64,000 nucleotides of DNA from Gammaproteobacteria bacterium (GTDB taxonomy: Bacteria > Pseudomonadota > Gammaproteobacteria > Ga0077554 > Ga007554), in assembly GCA_033717875.1 (NCBI GenBank), contig JADDKJ010000007.1, positions 31,255 through 95,254 on the forward strand. Reading direction: 5' to 3'. Made by a program: the position numbers and the translations under genes. The notes under the pieces are model-generated. The model worked only from the letters and a program-made list of their open reading frames with translations. It made no database searches and had not been told where the DNA came from. Position 1 is the stretch's first letter. Every line of letters begins with the position of its first letter. Of the stretch, positions 45,603-56,229 are shown one piece after another.

Positions 45603-46292
45603 ATGATCAAAGTCATACTCACCGATATCGAAGGCACGACATCCTCGCTGTCCTTCGTCAAAGACGTGCTTTTTCCCTATTCCCGCGAGCGCATGGCCGA
45701 TTTTGTGCGCCGCCATGGGCAGGAGCCCGCCGTTCGCCTGCTGCTGGACGAAGTGGCGCGCCTGGCGGCAGTCAACCATACCGACGATAACCGGATCACA
45801 GAGCAACTCGTGCGCTGGATCGACGAGGACCGCAAGATCACCCCCCTCAAGGCGCTGCAAGGCATGATCTGGGAAAACGGTTACCGGCGCGGCGATTTCA
45901 AGGGCCATGTCTACGAGGACGCCGTGCGCAACCTCCGGCAATGGCAAGCGCGGGGTATCCGGCTGTACGTCTATTCCTCCGGCTCGGTGCAGGCACAGAA
46001 ACTGCTCTTCGGCCACACGGAACATGGCGATCTCACCCCGCTCTTTTCGGGATATTTCGACACCGCCGTGGGCGGCAAAAGAGAAATGACCTCATACCAG
46101 AAAATCGCCGGGATCATCGGCGCTTCTCCAGAGGAAATCCTGTTTCTTTCCGATATCAAGGAAGAGCTTGATGCGGCAGGGCAGGCGGGGATGCGAACGG
46201 TATGGCTGGTGCGCGACGAGGGTATCGAAGGCGCCGCCTCACACCCTCAAGCTATCGATTTCGATGGGGTCTCGATGCCTGGGATTGCCTAG
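45603..46292 (+). CDS. mtnC: enolase-phosphatase E1 (acireductone synthase)
   Basis: HAD motif [10 protein letters not shown] and IWENGY. Confidence 0.85.
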   Translation: MIKVILTDIEGTTSSLSFVKDVLFPYSRERMADFVRRHGQEPAVRLLLDEVARLAAVNHTDDNRITEQLVRWIDEDRKITPLKALQGMIWENGYRRGDFKGHVYEDAVRNLRQWQARGIRLYVYSSGSVQAQKLLFGHTEHGDLTPLFSGYFDTAVGGKREMTSYQKIAGIIGASPEEILFLSDIKEELDAAGQAGMRTVWLVRDEGIEGAASHPQAIDFDGVSMPGIA

Positions 46293-46340
46293 TGTCGCCA
46301 CGAGATATTTGCTCACAGCGCGATACATCTGGAGTAAATG

Positions 46341-47309
46341 CTACCGTTTTGCCGGCGCGGCAAGCTTGTCAAGCACCTGCTGCAAAGTTTCCTGATACGT
46401 TGCCTCCAGCGGTCCGCCCAGGCTCACGGCGCGGCGGGCGGCCTGCTCGGCGGGTTTGAGCTGGCCCTGCTCGGCGAGCACCTGGGCGAGGTTGTTGAAG
46501 GCGGGGGCGAAGGAGGGCGTGGACAGGGTGATATAACGATATGCCCGTTCCGCGCCGGGCAAGTCTTTCATCGCGTAGAGACTATTGCCCACTCCCATGC
46601 GCGCCGGCACGCTGTCCGGCCAGCGCGACAGGGCGGCTTCATAGGCTATTTTGGCTTCCTGCCAATGTTGCGCGCGCTCCAGCCCAGTGACGGCTTGCAG
46701 GTACGGCGTTTCCTCGGCGCTGGCGGGCAGGCGGTTGGGGGGCAGCGCCAGCATGGCCCAGTGGTTGCCGCGTTGCCAGGTGCGCTCGAAGGACTGCAAC
46801 GACATGACGTGCCGTTCGTTCCGCCCGGAACGCAGGATGATTTCATTGCGCGCCAGGTCGAATCCGATCACCACCGCGTAATGCCAGCGCGTGAACCAGC
46901 TCAGCCCCAGATTTTGCAGCACCAGCACCGGATGGCCGGCCTCCACCTCCGCCAGCAGGGTCTCCATGCGCGGTTCGATGACATAAGGGACGCGCCCGTG
47001 ACGCCGCGTCGCCGCCAGCAGCTCGGTTTGCAGGCTACCGTGCCGCTCCGGCAAATAGACTTGCGGGACCAACTCCTCGGGAGTGACCTTGGCACCCGCC
47101 CAGTTCAGCGCCGTGGCCAAGGCCGCGGGGCCGCACTGAAAATCTTCCTGGGGGAAAAATGGCGTGCCGGTCAGTTCGACCGGCGGCGGGAAGGCCTGTG
47201 GTGATTTCAGCAGCCGGTCGCTTTGCAGCGGGGCACAGGCGGCGAGGATCAACACCGTCGACGCCAGAAACACCGCCCGGAGCGATCCGGGCGGTCCTTG
47301 TCGAAACAT
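46341..47309 (-). CDS. PA2778-like C39-type cysteine peptidase with TPR tail (lipoprotein)
   Basis: Lipobox LAAC. Motifs FFPQEDFQCGPAALATAL and WHYAVVIGFD. TPR-like C-terminus. Confidence 0.75.
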   Translation of the reverse strand: MFRQGPPGSLRAVFLASTVLILAACAPLQSDRLLKSPQAFPPPVELTGTPFFPQEDFQCGPAALATALNWAGAKVTPEELVPQVYLPERHGSLQTELLAATRRHGRVPYVIEPRMETLLAEVEAGHPVLVLQNLGLSWFTRWHYAVVIGFDLARNEIILRSGRNERHVMSLQSFERTWQRGNHWAMLALPPNRLPASAEETPYLQAVTGLERAQHWQEAKIAYEAALSRWPDSVPARMGVGNSLYAMKDLPGAERAYRYITLSTPSFAPAFNNLAQVLAEQGQLKPAEQAARRAVSLGGPLEATYQETLQQVLDKLAAPAKR

Positions 47310-47314
47310 GGTGT

Positions 47315-47719
47315 TTATCGCCGGTGCTTGACGAAGGGGAAGATGCTGGTCAGGCCCAGAATATCGGTGATCAGCAGGACGATGAACACCGCGAACAGGA
47401 TACCCAGGGCGCTGTCGCCGCCCGCCGGCAACCGGTCGATCTTGCCGGCCAGAGTATGGACTTCGGCATCGGTGAGACTGTCCACGCGCGATTTGGCTTG
47501 TTCGGGGCTCACGCCGTAGGCTTTCAGTTGCTCCTGCACATCGACCCGCTCCAGCAGGGCCGCGACGTGTTGCCGGTCCTGCTCGGCCTGAGCGCTGTTC
47601 ACAATCGCTTCAGTACCGACGATTCCGGCCTGGGCGGCGGGAAGCTGAACGCCCAGCCAGAGGAAGGCGACGATGACGAAGTGGCTGACAGGTTTGGCGA
47701 TGCGACGAAGTTTTTCCAT
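47315..47719 (-). CDS. PA2779-like small protein
   Basis: Signal peptide, a helical middle (VQEQLKAYGVSPEQAKSRVDSLTDAEV) and a C-terminal TM anchor. Adjacent to the peptidase gene. Confidence 0.7.
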   Translation of the reverse strand: MEKLRRIAKPVSHFVIVAFLWLGVQLPAAQAGIVGTEAIVNSAQAEQDRQHVAALLERVDVQEQLKAYGVSPEQAKSRVDSLTDAEVHTLAGKIDRLPAGGDSALGILFAVFIVLLITDILGLTSIFPFVKHRR

Positions 47720-47825
47720 CTATTTTCTCCTTGGCTATGGTTTAAATCATTGACTCATGGAGGGCACGGCCCTCTTCCCTGTCTTTATCGGATCGTATCA
47801 TATTTTCATCAGGGTTTTTTCAGTA

Positions 47826-48824
47826 TTACCGTACATCGGCAGCACAACGAAACCCGACATCGGTGCTGACGGCGGAAGGTTCGGCGTGCGCGCGGCGTGA
47901 GGTACGATAAAAGGAACTCAGCGCGTAGTGCCCCTCACCCGCCCCGCCGCCACGGATGACTTTGTGTACTTCGCCGAAGGCTTCGTGCCTGTAGGTGGTG
48001 TCCGGGTAGGGCCGATACCAGTCATTGACCCATTCCGAAACATTGCCCGCCATGTCGTACACGCCATACGGCGATTTATCCGTCGGGTAGGAGCCCGGCG
48101 GCAGGGTCGTCCCCTCGTTTTCGCCACCCGCGCCGGTATTGGCTTTTTGCGCGTCCCATTGAGGACCCCAGGGAAATTCGAAGCCTTGCGTTCCGCGCGC
48201 CGCCTTTTCCCACTCCGCTTCGCCCGGCAGGCGCTTGCCCGCCCATTTGCAATAGCTGTAGGCATCGTCCCAGCTCACGCCCGTGACCGGCAGCTTGTCG
48301 CGCTGGCGCTGGATTTTCTCCAGCTCGGCGAGCAGCGCCTCGCGCGTCATCGCGCCGGCGTTCTTGTCTATTTTGAAGTAATCGCTGGCGATCCAGCGCA
48401 GATTCTCGATACTGGCGGCGCGCAGTTTGTCGCCATGCACATTGTAGCCGTTCTGTACCCACGGCGGCGGCTCGGCGGCCTTGGTCGCAAGAACAAAGGC
48501 TTTGTACTGGGCGTTGCTGACCTCGTATTTGTCGATCATGAAAGCAGGCAGGGTAACCTTGTGCGGCGGGTGTTCATCCACATACAACGGATTGACGAAG
48601 CCGTATTCCTGCTGCAAACCGGTGTCGTCGGTCTTGTCGCTGCCCATGGTGAACTCCCCGGCGGGGATCATGACCATGTCCTGCGCGATGTGGTTAAGAC
48701 GCTGGACTTGAGGGGCAGGGGCGGATTCTTCTCTGCCGCAACCGCACAGCACCATGGCCAGGCAAAGAACAATCGCGCGGGCGCGATCAGGCATCTTTGG
48801 CGCAACGGAAACCGAAACTGGCAT
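47826..48824 (-). CDS. formylglycine-generating-enzyme (SUMF1) family lipoprotein
   Basis: Lipobox LCGCG. Motifs HKVTLPAFMIDKYEVSN, LPGEAEWEKAARG, GNVSEWV and GFRC. Confidence 0.8.
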   Translation of the reverse strand: MPVSVSVAPKMPDRARAIVLCLAMVLCGCGREESAPAPQVQRLNHIAQDMVMIPAGEFTMGSDKTDDTGLQQEYGFVNPLYVDEHPPHKVTLPAFMIDKYEVSNAQYKAFVLATKAAEPPPWVQNGYNVHGDKLRAASIENLRWIASDYFKIDKNAGAMTREALLAELEKIQRQRDKLPVTGVSWDDAYSYCKWAGKRLPGEAEWEKAARGTQGFEFPWGPQWDAQKANTGAGGENEGTTLPPGSYPTDKSPYGVYDMAGNVSEWVNDWYRPYPDTTYRHEAFGEVHKVIRGGGAGEGHYALSSFYRTSRRAHAEPSAVSTDVGFRCAADVR

Positions 48825-49815
48825 TTTTTACTTTCGCATTGAAAAAGGCGCGATTGAACACGGGCGCGGAGATGCCGCACTTGTAAAAAGAGCAGTCCCA
48901 CCAGGAACCGCCCTTGAGCGTCTTGTACTGCTCGCCATAATTCTCGTTCGGCCGGCTGTTGCCGGGATAGGCGCGGTACCAGGAGGCCGTCCACTCCCAG
49001 ACATTGCCCGACATGTCATGAACGCCATAGGGACTCACCCCTTCAGGGAAAGCGCCCACCGGCGTGGTATCGCCCTCCTGCTTGAGCTGCGCCCAGCGTA
49101 CCGGAGAATTCACCCTGTTGATGTCGAATTCATTGCCCCACGGAAACATCCGCCCATCCGTGCCACGCGCCGCCTTTTCCCATTCCTCGTCGCTCGGCAG
49201 GCGCTTGCCCGCCCACTCGCAATAGGCCTTGGCGTCATGCCAGGAAACGAAGGTCACCGGATGATCGGCCTTGCCCGCCGGAAAAGTGCGATTGTTGAAA
49301 TGATCCGGCGAACGCCGGCCTGTGGCGTCGATGAACTGCGTATATTGCAGATTGGTCACCTCGTATTTGTCGATCAAGAACGCCTTGAGATTCACCGTAT
49401 GCCGTGGCCCCTCGTCGGACAGTCGCTCGTCGGTGCCCATGATGAATTTGCCCGCCGGAACCTTGATCATCGGGTTGGGCTTGGCGCCGATGCGGCTGTC
49501 GTCATAGTACATTGGCATGGAGAGGAGGCGGGGCTTGCCCAGGCGCTGGCCCGGCGACATGCCCTGTTTGTTTTCCATCTCGTCCGGGGTCCATCCGGTC
49601 TTCATTGCGCGGCCTTTTTCCTGGCTGGATTCATGGCATTCCACGCACCCTGCGGCCAGCGCCGTCTTCACCAGCCGCGAGGCCGATTCCTGGTGGCAGG
49701 AGAAGCAGGTTTGCCCTTCCCGCTGATGATGAAATGCGGCGCGGCCGGCAGCAAACACGGCCATTTGGGCGCAAAACAATCCTGCGAAAAACAAAGCTGA
49801 AATGAAATTCTTCAA
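48787..49815 (-). CDS. FGE/SUMF1-family protein with N-terminal diheme (2 x CxxCH) extension
   Basis: Signal peptide. CFSCH and CVECH, then HTVNLKAFLIDKYEVTN, LPSDEEWEKAARG, GNVWEWT and GFRC. Confidence 0.75.
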   Translation of the reverse strand: MKNFISALFFAGLFCAQMAVFAAGRAAFHHQREGQTCFSCHQESASRLVKTALAAGCVECHESSQEKGRAMKTGWTPDEMENKQGMSPGQRLGKPRLLSMPMYYDDSRIGAKPNPMIKVPAGKFIMGTDERLSDEGPRHTVNLKAFLIDKYEVTNLQYTQFIDATGRRSPDHFNNRTFPAGKADHPVTFVSWHDAKAYCEWAGKRLPSDEEWEKAARGTDGRMFPWGNEFDINRVNSPVRWAQLKQEGDTTPVGAFPEGVSPYGVHDMSGNVWEWTASWYRAYPGNSRPNENYGEQYKTLKGGSWWDCSFYKCGISAPVFNRAFFNAKVKNASFGFRCAKDA

Positions 49816-49958
49816 TGCCTAGCCAATGCGGTTTCTTCATATGACAGATGAGCTATTTTAAGGCATGATAAAAAGGAGCGCAGCACACAAATTTACCCTT
49901 CACTCTTGACTCTGAACCGCGATATGGGTCTAATACGCGTTCTTCCGTCAGCAGACAA

Positions 49959-50034
49959 GCCCAGGTAGCTCAGTCGGTAGAGCAGGGGACTGAAAATCCC
50001 CGTGTCGGTGGTTCGATTCCGCCCCTGGGCACCA
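49959..50034 (+). tRNA. tRNA-Phe (GAA)
   Basis: 76-nt cloverleaf folded by hand. Acceptor gcccagg/cctgggc, anticodon loop ctGAAaa, T-loop ttcgatt, encoded CCA. Confidence 0.95.
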
Positions 50035-50047
50035 TAAAAACAACGGC

Positions 50048-53000
50048 CTAACCCTTCGGTTCCAGAGCGGTTTCTTGTTCAGGGTAACTGAAGTAATAAC
50101 CCTGTCCCCAATCCACCCCCATCTCGCGCAGCAGTTCGGCGGTTTCGCTATCCTCCACATATTCGGCGATGGTGGTGATGCCTTGTTTTTGCGCGAGATG
50201 CACGATCATTTGCACCATGGCCTCGACGCGGGGGTTGTGGCGCATGTTGCGCACCATCCACCCTTCGATCTTGAGGAAGCTGATGGGCAGTTCGGCAAGA
50301 TACAGGAATGAGGAATAGCCGCTGCCGAAGTCGTCCAGAGCGAGGCGGAAGCCGAGGTCGAGCAGCGGTTTGAGGTCGGTTGCGAGGTCGTCGAAATCCT
50401 TGAGCAGTTGCCGTTCGGTGATTTCGAACACCAGCGGCTTGGTCATGTCCGCCCTGATGTTGTTTACGGTACACAAGCGCTTTGCTTCATCGAGCAGCTC
50501 TTTGACGAGATCCTTGCGCGCCAGGAACTGCGGGGAAAGATTGATGAAATGGGCGATGACCGGCCGGGAAGGGTCTTTGGAGAGGCTGGCGGCGCAGTGT
50601 TTCATTGCCGATTGGATAATGGTTTTGTCGACCAGATGTACCAGGTTGATCCCTTCGGCCGCCTCGATGAAGTCGCCGGCCGGAACGACATTTCCGTCGG
50701 ATTCGACCAGGCGCGCCAGAATCTCTTCCGCGACGATGGCGCGGCTGTTGAGATCGACGATGGTCTGGTAGGCCGGAACGATGCGGTTCTCCTTAAGGGC
50801 GCGTTGTAGCATGCCAGCCTTCCACAGCGTGCCGCGCCGGGCCGCCTCGCTCACCACGACGCTGTCACGCCCTCTTTTCTTGGCCTCGTAGAGACAGCCA
50901 TCGGCCTCCGCCAGAAGCTGGGCGATATCCTCTTCCGGGCCGCGCAACAGGCCGATGCCGATGCTGGCGGTGATTTCCAGCGGTCCGAGCCGGGTTTGTA
51001 CGGGCTTGGCCCTGAGCGCCTGGCGCAAACGATCCATGGCGACGAAGGCTTCCGTGCCGTCGGACTGGTGCAGGAAGACGAAGAATTCCTCGCCGCCCCA
51101 GCGCGCGACCCAATCACCCTCGCGCAGCGCATCTTTCATGATGCCGGCGATCTGTTGCAGCACTTCGTCTCCGATATCGTGGCCATAGTGGTCATTGATC
51201 AGCTTGAAGCGGTCGAGATCGCACAGCGCGATGGCGAAATACTCGCTGGTCCTCCGGGCGCGGGCGATTTCGCCAGCGAGGCGGCTGTCGGCGGCGCGGC
51301 GGTTGGGCAGCCCGGTCAGGCTGTCGGTCATGGCCAGCTCCTCCAGGGCGTGCCGTTGCTCTTGCTGCAGGAAGGTCTGCCCGAACCAGGAGGCGAGCAG
51401 TTCGACAAACGCCTTGTCATCGTCGCTGAAGCCGCCGGGCTGGGGTTCGCGCCGGCTGAAAACCAGCGTTCCGTAAATCTGCTCGCCCATCCAGATCGGG
51501 ATGGAGATATAAACACGAATCCCCAGATCGGCAAGCTCGCCATAGGTCTCATCCAGCGTCAGGTCAGGCACCACAATGCTTTGCCTGCTCTCTATGGCAA
51601 GACTGCACGGACTGCCCGACGAAATGATCTGGCCGGGCGAAAACGTGCCGCCGGGATCGACGGCGTGACGGATGATGTATTGTCCCTCCTTGAATTCTCC
51701 GACCATCGCCATATCCATCCCCAGCGTTTCCAGGCCAAAGTGGAGGGTGAGCCGCACTTTCTCGTCATCCGGCATGTCTCGCCGGGTCGCCAGCCGCCAT
51801 AGCGCCTGTAGCCGTTTCGAATCGGTCTGAACCTGGCGCAGCAGCGCCTCGCGCTGGCTCACATCGATGGCCAGGCCCTGACGCACCGCTTCTCCGTCCG
51901 ACCGATCGAGGTATTCCGCCACCGACAGCCAGACGCTGCCGCCACTCTTATGGGTACACTCCACCACATGAGACATGGTACCCTCGTGGAGGGTGTAATC
52001 CTCGGCGGTGGGATGGCACAAGAGATCCGTCCATGGGCGGTCTATCACCTCTTGCGCGCTCTTGCCCAGCATGCGCAGAAATTCCTGGTCGGCGTTCAGG
52101 ACAATGCCATCGCTCAAGCGGACTGTGTAGGTGCCCGCATCGGCGGCGGCGAGCAATGATCTCTCGCGGTTTTTCGACGCTTCGTGCAGGCGCTGGCGCG
52201 CTTCGGAAAGCGCATCGCACAGTGCGTCGATCTCGCTTACGCCGCTGCTGGGCAAAGGTTGCCTGGAAGCGGGGTCCGTTTCCTCAAGCCGTTGGCCGAT
52301 AACGGCCATGTTCGCGGCAAAGCGGCGGGTCGTGCGGCGATAAAAGAATATCGCTGCCACCACGCCCCCCAGCGCCAGATAAAGAGGAATCTGCACGCCC
52401 TGCCACCATAGCCCCAGCAGTGCGGATCGCGGCAAGGATATGAAAGCATACAGGGGGTAATGCTCAAGGTGCCGGTACGCGCCGACACGATACTGCTCGT
52501 TCCACGTAACACCTTGGTAGAGACCCGCATTGGGATTACTTTTGATCGCCCGGGACAGTGGCTTTTTCGGATCTCTTATAAGGTAGATTTGCTTGAGATT
52601 CTCATCCGGCCAGCGGCTGATCAGATAACCATCCTCTCGCAGCAAGCCGATGCCCGAGCCTCGCGGCAAGGGCAAATCGCGCCATAGCGCCTGCTGGTTC
52701 TCGAGCGGGATGCTGGCCTGAATCAGGAAGACCATCTTGCCTTGCTCGTCACGGACGGTGTAGCGCAGCGGGATGATCCATCGGCGCGGTACGTCGCCGA
52801 TTCGTGGACGGTTGATGCTCAATCCCTCGCCTTTCAGGTTGGCGTAAAAATCCTCGCGCCATTCCGGCTGGCTCAGCACATTGGGCGTCATTCCCTGGGT
52901 CTGCGCGGTGCCCGTCAGTATCTGCCCGTCCGGCCGGATCAGCGCCGCGGAAGCCAATTGCGGATGTTTGGCGACGAAACGCCGGAGCAGTTCCAGTGCT

Positions 53001-53269
53001 TGTTCAGGATGGTTGGCGGCATCGATGCGCCGCAAATCGTCCGCCAGCCAGCCCATGTGGCTGCCGATCAGATCGAAGAAATTCGTCGCATGCCCGGCGA
53101 TCAGTCCCGCCGCGGCGGTCATGCGCTGGGTAGCCACCTGCTTGGTGTTGTACCAGGACAGCCACAGCCAGAGCGCAATGAGCGTCAGCGAGACCCACCC
53201 CAAGGTCAACAGCACCCGGCGTCCGAGCTGGATCATGGAAGGTGCGTGGTGCCGGTTATCCTTGCGCAT
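50048..53269 (-). CDS. sensor diguanylate cyclase/phosphodiesterase (periplasmic sensor-PAS-GAF-GGDEF-EAL)
   Basis: Two TM segments flank a periplasmic domain. Motifs GGEEF, EITER and DDFGSGYSS. Confidence 0.88.
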   Translation of the reverse strand: MRKDNRHHAPSMIQLGRRVLLTLGWVSLTLIALWLWLSWYNTKQVATQRMTAAAGLIAGHATNFFDLIGSHMGWLADDLRRIDAANHPEQALELLRRFVAKHPQLASAALIRPDGQILTGTAQTQGMTPNVLSQPEWREDFYANLKGEGLSINRPRIGDVPRRWIIPLRYTVRDEQGKMVFLIQASIPLENQQALWRDLPLPRGSGIGLLREDGYLISRWPDENLKQIYLIRDPKKPLSRAIKSNPNAGLYQGVTWNEQYRVGAYRHLEHYPLYAFISLPRSALLGLWWQGVQIPLYLALGGVVAAIFFYRRTTRRFAANMAVIGQRLEETDPASRQPLPSSGVSEIDALCDALSEARQRLHEASKNRERSLLAAADAGTYTVRLSDGIVLNADQEFLRMLGKSAQEVIDRPWTDLLCHPTAEDYTLHEGTMSHVVECTHKSGGSVWLSVAEYLDRSDGEAVRQGLAIDVSQREALLRQVQTDSKRLQALWRLATRRDMPDDEKVRLTLHFGLETLGMDMAMVGEFKEGQYIIRHAVDPGGTFSPGQIISSGSPCSLAIESRQSIVVPDLTLDETYGELADLGIRVYISIPIWMGEQIYGTLVFSRREPQPGGFSDDDKAFVELLASWFGQTFLQQEQRHALEELAMTDSLTGLPNRRAADSRLAGEIARARRTSEYFAIALCDLDRFKLINDHYGHDIGDEVLQQIAGIMKDALREGDWVARWGGEEFFVFLHQSDGTEAFVAMDRLRQALRAKPVQTRLGPLEITASIGIGLLRGPEEDIAQLLAEADGCLYEAKKRGRDSVVVSEAARRGTLWKAGMLQRALKENRIVPAYQTIVDLNSRAIVAEEILARLVESDGNVVPAGDFIEAAEGINLVHLVDKTIIQSAMKHCAASLSKDPSRPVIAHFINLSPQFLARKDLVKELLDEAKRLCTVNNIRADMTKPLVFEITERQLLKDFDDLATDLKPLLDLGFRLALDDFGSGYSSFLYLAELPISFLKIEGWMVRNMRHNPRVEAMVQMIVHLAQKQGITTIAEYVEDSETAELLREMGVDWGQGYYFSYPEQETALEPKG

Positions 53270-53369
53270 GGTTTATCTCGGGGTTAAAAGCCGGCGGAGC
53301 AATGTGCCATGGTGAGCCCTGTAACTCTGAAAAGCCATACGGGCTTTTGTGCGGTGCGTGAGACGCATC

Positions 53370-54152
53370 CTACATGTTGCTGAATCTCACTTCGATACCC
53401 TGCGCCGCCAGGTGACGCTTGGCGTCTTCAACGGTGTATTCGCCGAAATGAAAAATGCTGGCGGCCAGCACGGCATCCGCCTTGCCCAGCTTGATACCCT
53501 CGACGAGATGGCCGAGATTGCCGACCCCGCCCGAGGCGATCACCGGCACGGGTACGGCGTCGCTCACGGCGCGGGTGAGCGGAAGGTCGAAGCCGTCGCG
53601 CGTGCCGTCGCGGTCCATGCTGGTGAGCAGAATCTCGCCCGCGCCCGCCTCGGCCATGCGCTGCGCCCATTGCACGGCGTCGATGCCGGTGCGCTTGCGC
53701 CCGCCGTGGGTGAACACTTCCCAGCGCGGCGGCTCATCGCCTTGATTCACCTGCTTGGCGTCGATGGCGACAACGATGCACTGTGAACCGAAGCGCGCGG
53801 CGGCGTCGCGTACCAGTTCCGGGTTATGGATCGCAGCGGTGTTCATGGCCACCTTATCGGCGCCGGCGTTGAGCATGCGGCGGATATCGTCGATGCTGCG
53901 TATACCGCCCCCCACGGTGAGTGGAATGAACACCTGCGCGGCGACCTGTTCGACCACATGCACCATGGTCTCCCGCTCCTCGGCGCTGGCGGTGATGTCG
54001 AGAAACACCAGTTCGTCGGCACCCTGTTCGTCATAGCGCTTGGCGATTTCCACCGGATCGCCCGCGTCGCGGATACCGACGAAGCGCACGCCCTTGACGA
54101 CGCGGCCGCGGTCGACATCCAGGCAGGGGATGATGCGTTTGGCCAGTCCCAT
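53370..54152 (-). CDS. hisF: imidazole glycerol phosphate synthase cyclase subunit
   Basis: [13 protein letters not shown].... The start shares 1 nt with the hisA stop. Confidence 0.95.
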   Translation of the reverse strand: MGLAKRIIPCLDVDRGRVVKGVRFVGIRDAGDPVEIAKRYDEQGADELVFLDITASAEERETMVHVVEQVAAQVFIPLTVGGGIRSIDDIRRMLNAGADKVAMNTAAIHNPELVRDAAARFGSQCIVVAIDAKQVNQGDEPPRWEVFTHGGRKRTGIDAVQWAQRMAEAGAGEILLTSMDRDGTRDGFDLPLTRAVSDAVPVPVIASGGVGNLGHLVEGIKLGKADAVLAASIFHFGEYTVEDAKRHLAAQGIEVRFSNM

Positions 54153-54886
54153 CAGTTCAGCTCGTCCGCCACTTGCTGCGCCGCCGCCAGATCCAGCGTG
54201 CCTTCGTACAGCGCGCGCCCGATCACCGCGCCCATGACACCTTCTCCCGCCACTTGGCACAGGGCGCGGATATCATCGAGATTGGTGATGCCGCCGGAGG
54301 CGATGACCGGAATCGAGATGGCGCGCGCCAGCGCCACAGTCGACTCGACATTCACCCCTTTCATCATGCCGTCGCGGCTGATATCGGTGTAGATGATCGC
54401 TTCCACGCCCTCTTTTTCGAAGCGCTGGGCAATATCGATGACATCGTGATTGGAGAGTTTGGACCAGCCGTCGATTGCCACCTTGCCGTTCTTGGCGTCC
54501 AGGCCAACGATGATGTGGCCGGGGAATTCGCGGCACACATCGCCGACGAAATGGGGCGTGTTGATGGCCTTGGTGCCAAGGATCACGTAACTCACCCCCA
54601 TGTCGAGATACGACTGGATGGTGTCGTCGTCGCGTATGCCACCGCCAACCTGTACCGGCACATCGGGACACGCCTCGACGATGCGCCGGATCACCTCGCC
54701 GTTGACCGGCCGGCCGGCGAAGGCGCCGTTCAGATCGACGAGATGCAGCCGTCGCGCGCCTGCCTCCACCCAGTGCTCGGCAACAGCGACGGGATCGTCC
54801 GAAAAAACAGTATCATCCTCCATGCGCCCCTGGCGCAGGCGCACGCATTTGCCATCTTTCAGGTCAATGGCGGGGATCAACAGCAT
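54152..54886 (-). CDS. hisA: ProFAR isomerase
   Basis: [17 protein letters not shown].... Confidence 0.95.
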   Translation of the reverse strand: MLLIPAIDLKDGKCVRLRQGRMEDDTVFSDDPVAVAEHWVEAGARRLHLVDLNGAFAGRPVNGEVIRRIVEACPDVPVQVGGGIRDDDTIQSYLDMGVSYVILGTKAINTPHFVGDVCREFPGHIIVGLDAKNGKVAIDGWSKLSNHDVIDIAQRFEKEGVEAIIYTDISRDGMMKGVNVESTVALARAISIPVIASGGITNLDDIRALCQVAGEGVMGAVIGRALYEGTLDLAAAQQVADELN

Positions 54887-54933
54887 GACGGGTTCCTCAT
54901 GAGGAGAGAAGGTATTTATACAACAATATAAAT

Positions 54934-54960
54934 AGTAGCGTGCGCACAGCGCACGCTACT
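54934..54960. repeat. palindrome agtagcgtgcgc-aca-gcgcacgctact
   Basis: Perfect 12-bp stem in the hisH-hisA spacer, related to the REP core GTGCG...CGCAC. Confidence 0.5.
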
Positions 54961-54977
54961 TTTGATGCCATGCAGGA

Positions 54978-55625
54978 TTATGTTCGACCATCCCAGCGCA
55001 TGAAATTAGCCAGCAAGGCAAGCCCGGCGCGCTGGCTCTTTTCAGGGTGAAACTGTACCGCGAACACGTTACCGCGCGCCAGTGCGCAGACGAATTCGAT
55101 GCCGTGGCGGCTGACGGCCGCGCTCTGCGCGGGATCGGCCGGGACGACGTGGTAACTGTGCACGAAATAGAAACGGCTGTCCTGGGCGATGCCTTGCCAC
55201 AGCGGGTGCGCTCCATTCTGGCGCACCTGATTCCAGCCCATGTGGGGAATCTTCAGTGTATCGCCATTTTGCGGATCAATCATCCCATCGGGAAAACGCC
55301 GCACCTTGCCCGGCAATATGCCCAGGCACGGCGTGCCTCCCCCTTCCTCGCTGAAGTCGAGCAACACCTGCAAGCCCATGCAGATGCCGAGAAAAGGCTT
55401 GGTCTTCACCGCCTCTTTCACCACCGCATCGAGACCGAGGCGGTTGAGCTCCGCCATGCAATCGCGCGCCGCGCCTTGGCCGGGAAAGACCACACGGTCC
55501 GCGCTCAGGATGCGCTCCGCGGAGGAAGTCACTTCCACCGTGATGGAACCGGCGACATGCTCCAGAGCCTTGGCGACGGAGCGCAGATTGCCCATGCCGT
55601 AATCGATGACTGCAACGGTGGTCAT
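54978..55625 (-). CDS. hisH: imidazole glycerol phosphate synthase glutaminase subunit
   Basis: VAVIDYGMGNLRSV, GICMGLQ. Confidence 0.95.
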   Translation of the reverse strand: MTTVAVIDYGMGNLRSVAKALEHVAGSITVEVTSSAERILSADRVVFPGQGAARDCMAELNRLGLDAVVKEAVKTKPFLGICMGLQVLLDFSEEGGGTPCLGILPGKVRRFPDGMIDPQNGDTLKIPHMGWNQVRQNGAHPLWQGIAQDSRFYFVHSYHVVPADPAQSAAVSRHGIEFVCALARGNVFAVQFHPEKSQRAGLALLANFMRWDGRT

Positions 55626-55635
55626 GCGGTTTATC

Positions 55636-56229
55636 TTATAAGGTGCCTTTGGTGGATGGCATCATGCCTTGCATGCGCGGGTCCATCTCCAGCGCCATGC
55701 GCACCGCGCGGCCGAAGGCCTTGAACACCGTCTCGACAATGTGATGAGCGTTACGGCCGCGCAGATTGTCGATATGCAGCGTCACCAGCGCGTGGTTGAC
55801 GAAGCCCTGGAAGAATTCATGGAACAGGTCGACATCGAAATCGCCGATGCGCGCGCGCGGGAAGTTGATGTGGTATTCCAGGCCGGGACGGCCGGAGAAA
55901 TCGATCACCACGCGCGACAGTGCCTCGTCGAGCGGTACATAAGCATGACCGTAACGGCGGATGCCGCGCTTGTCGCCCACCGCCTTGGCTACCGCCTGGC
56001 CGAGGGTGATGCCGATATCCTCCACCGTGTGATGGGCGTCGATGTGCAGATCGCCCGCGGCCTTGATGTCGATGTCGATCATGCCATGGCGCGCGATCTG
56101 ATCCAGCATGTGGTCGAGGAACGCGACGCCGGTCTGAAAATGCGATGCGCCCGTGCCATCGAGATTGACGGTCGCCTCGATGCGAGTCTCCAGCGTATCG
56201 CGCTTGACGGTCGCTTTGCGTTCGGTCAT
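55636..56229 (-). CDS. hisB: imidazoleglycerol-phosphate dehydratase
   Basis: [18 protein letters not shown].... Monofunctional, 197 aa. Confidence 0.95.
   Translation of the reverse strand: MTERKATVKRDTLETRIEATVNLDGTGASHFQTGVAFLDHMLDQIARHGMIDIDIKAAGDLHIDAHHTVEDIGITLGQAVAKAVGDKRGIRRYGHAYVPLDEALSRVVIDFSGRPGLEYHINFPRARIGDFDVDLFHEFFQGFVNHALVTLHIDNLRGRNAHHIVETVFKAFGRAVRMALEMDPRMQGMMPSTKGTL

Noticed and set aside
49816-50047. tRNA-Phe as an integration hotspot for a genomic island
   Set aside because: No integrase, no direct repeat of the tRNA 3-prime end, and no compositional break are visible on either side.
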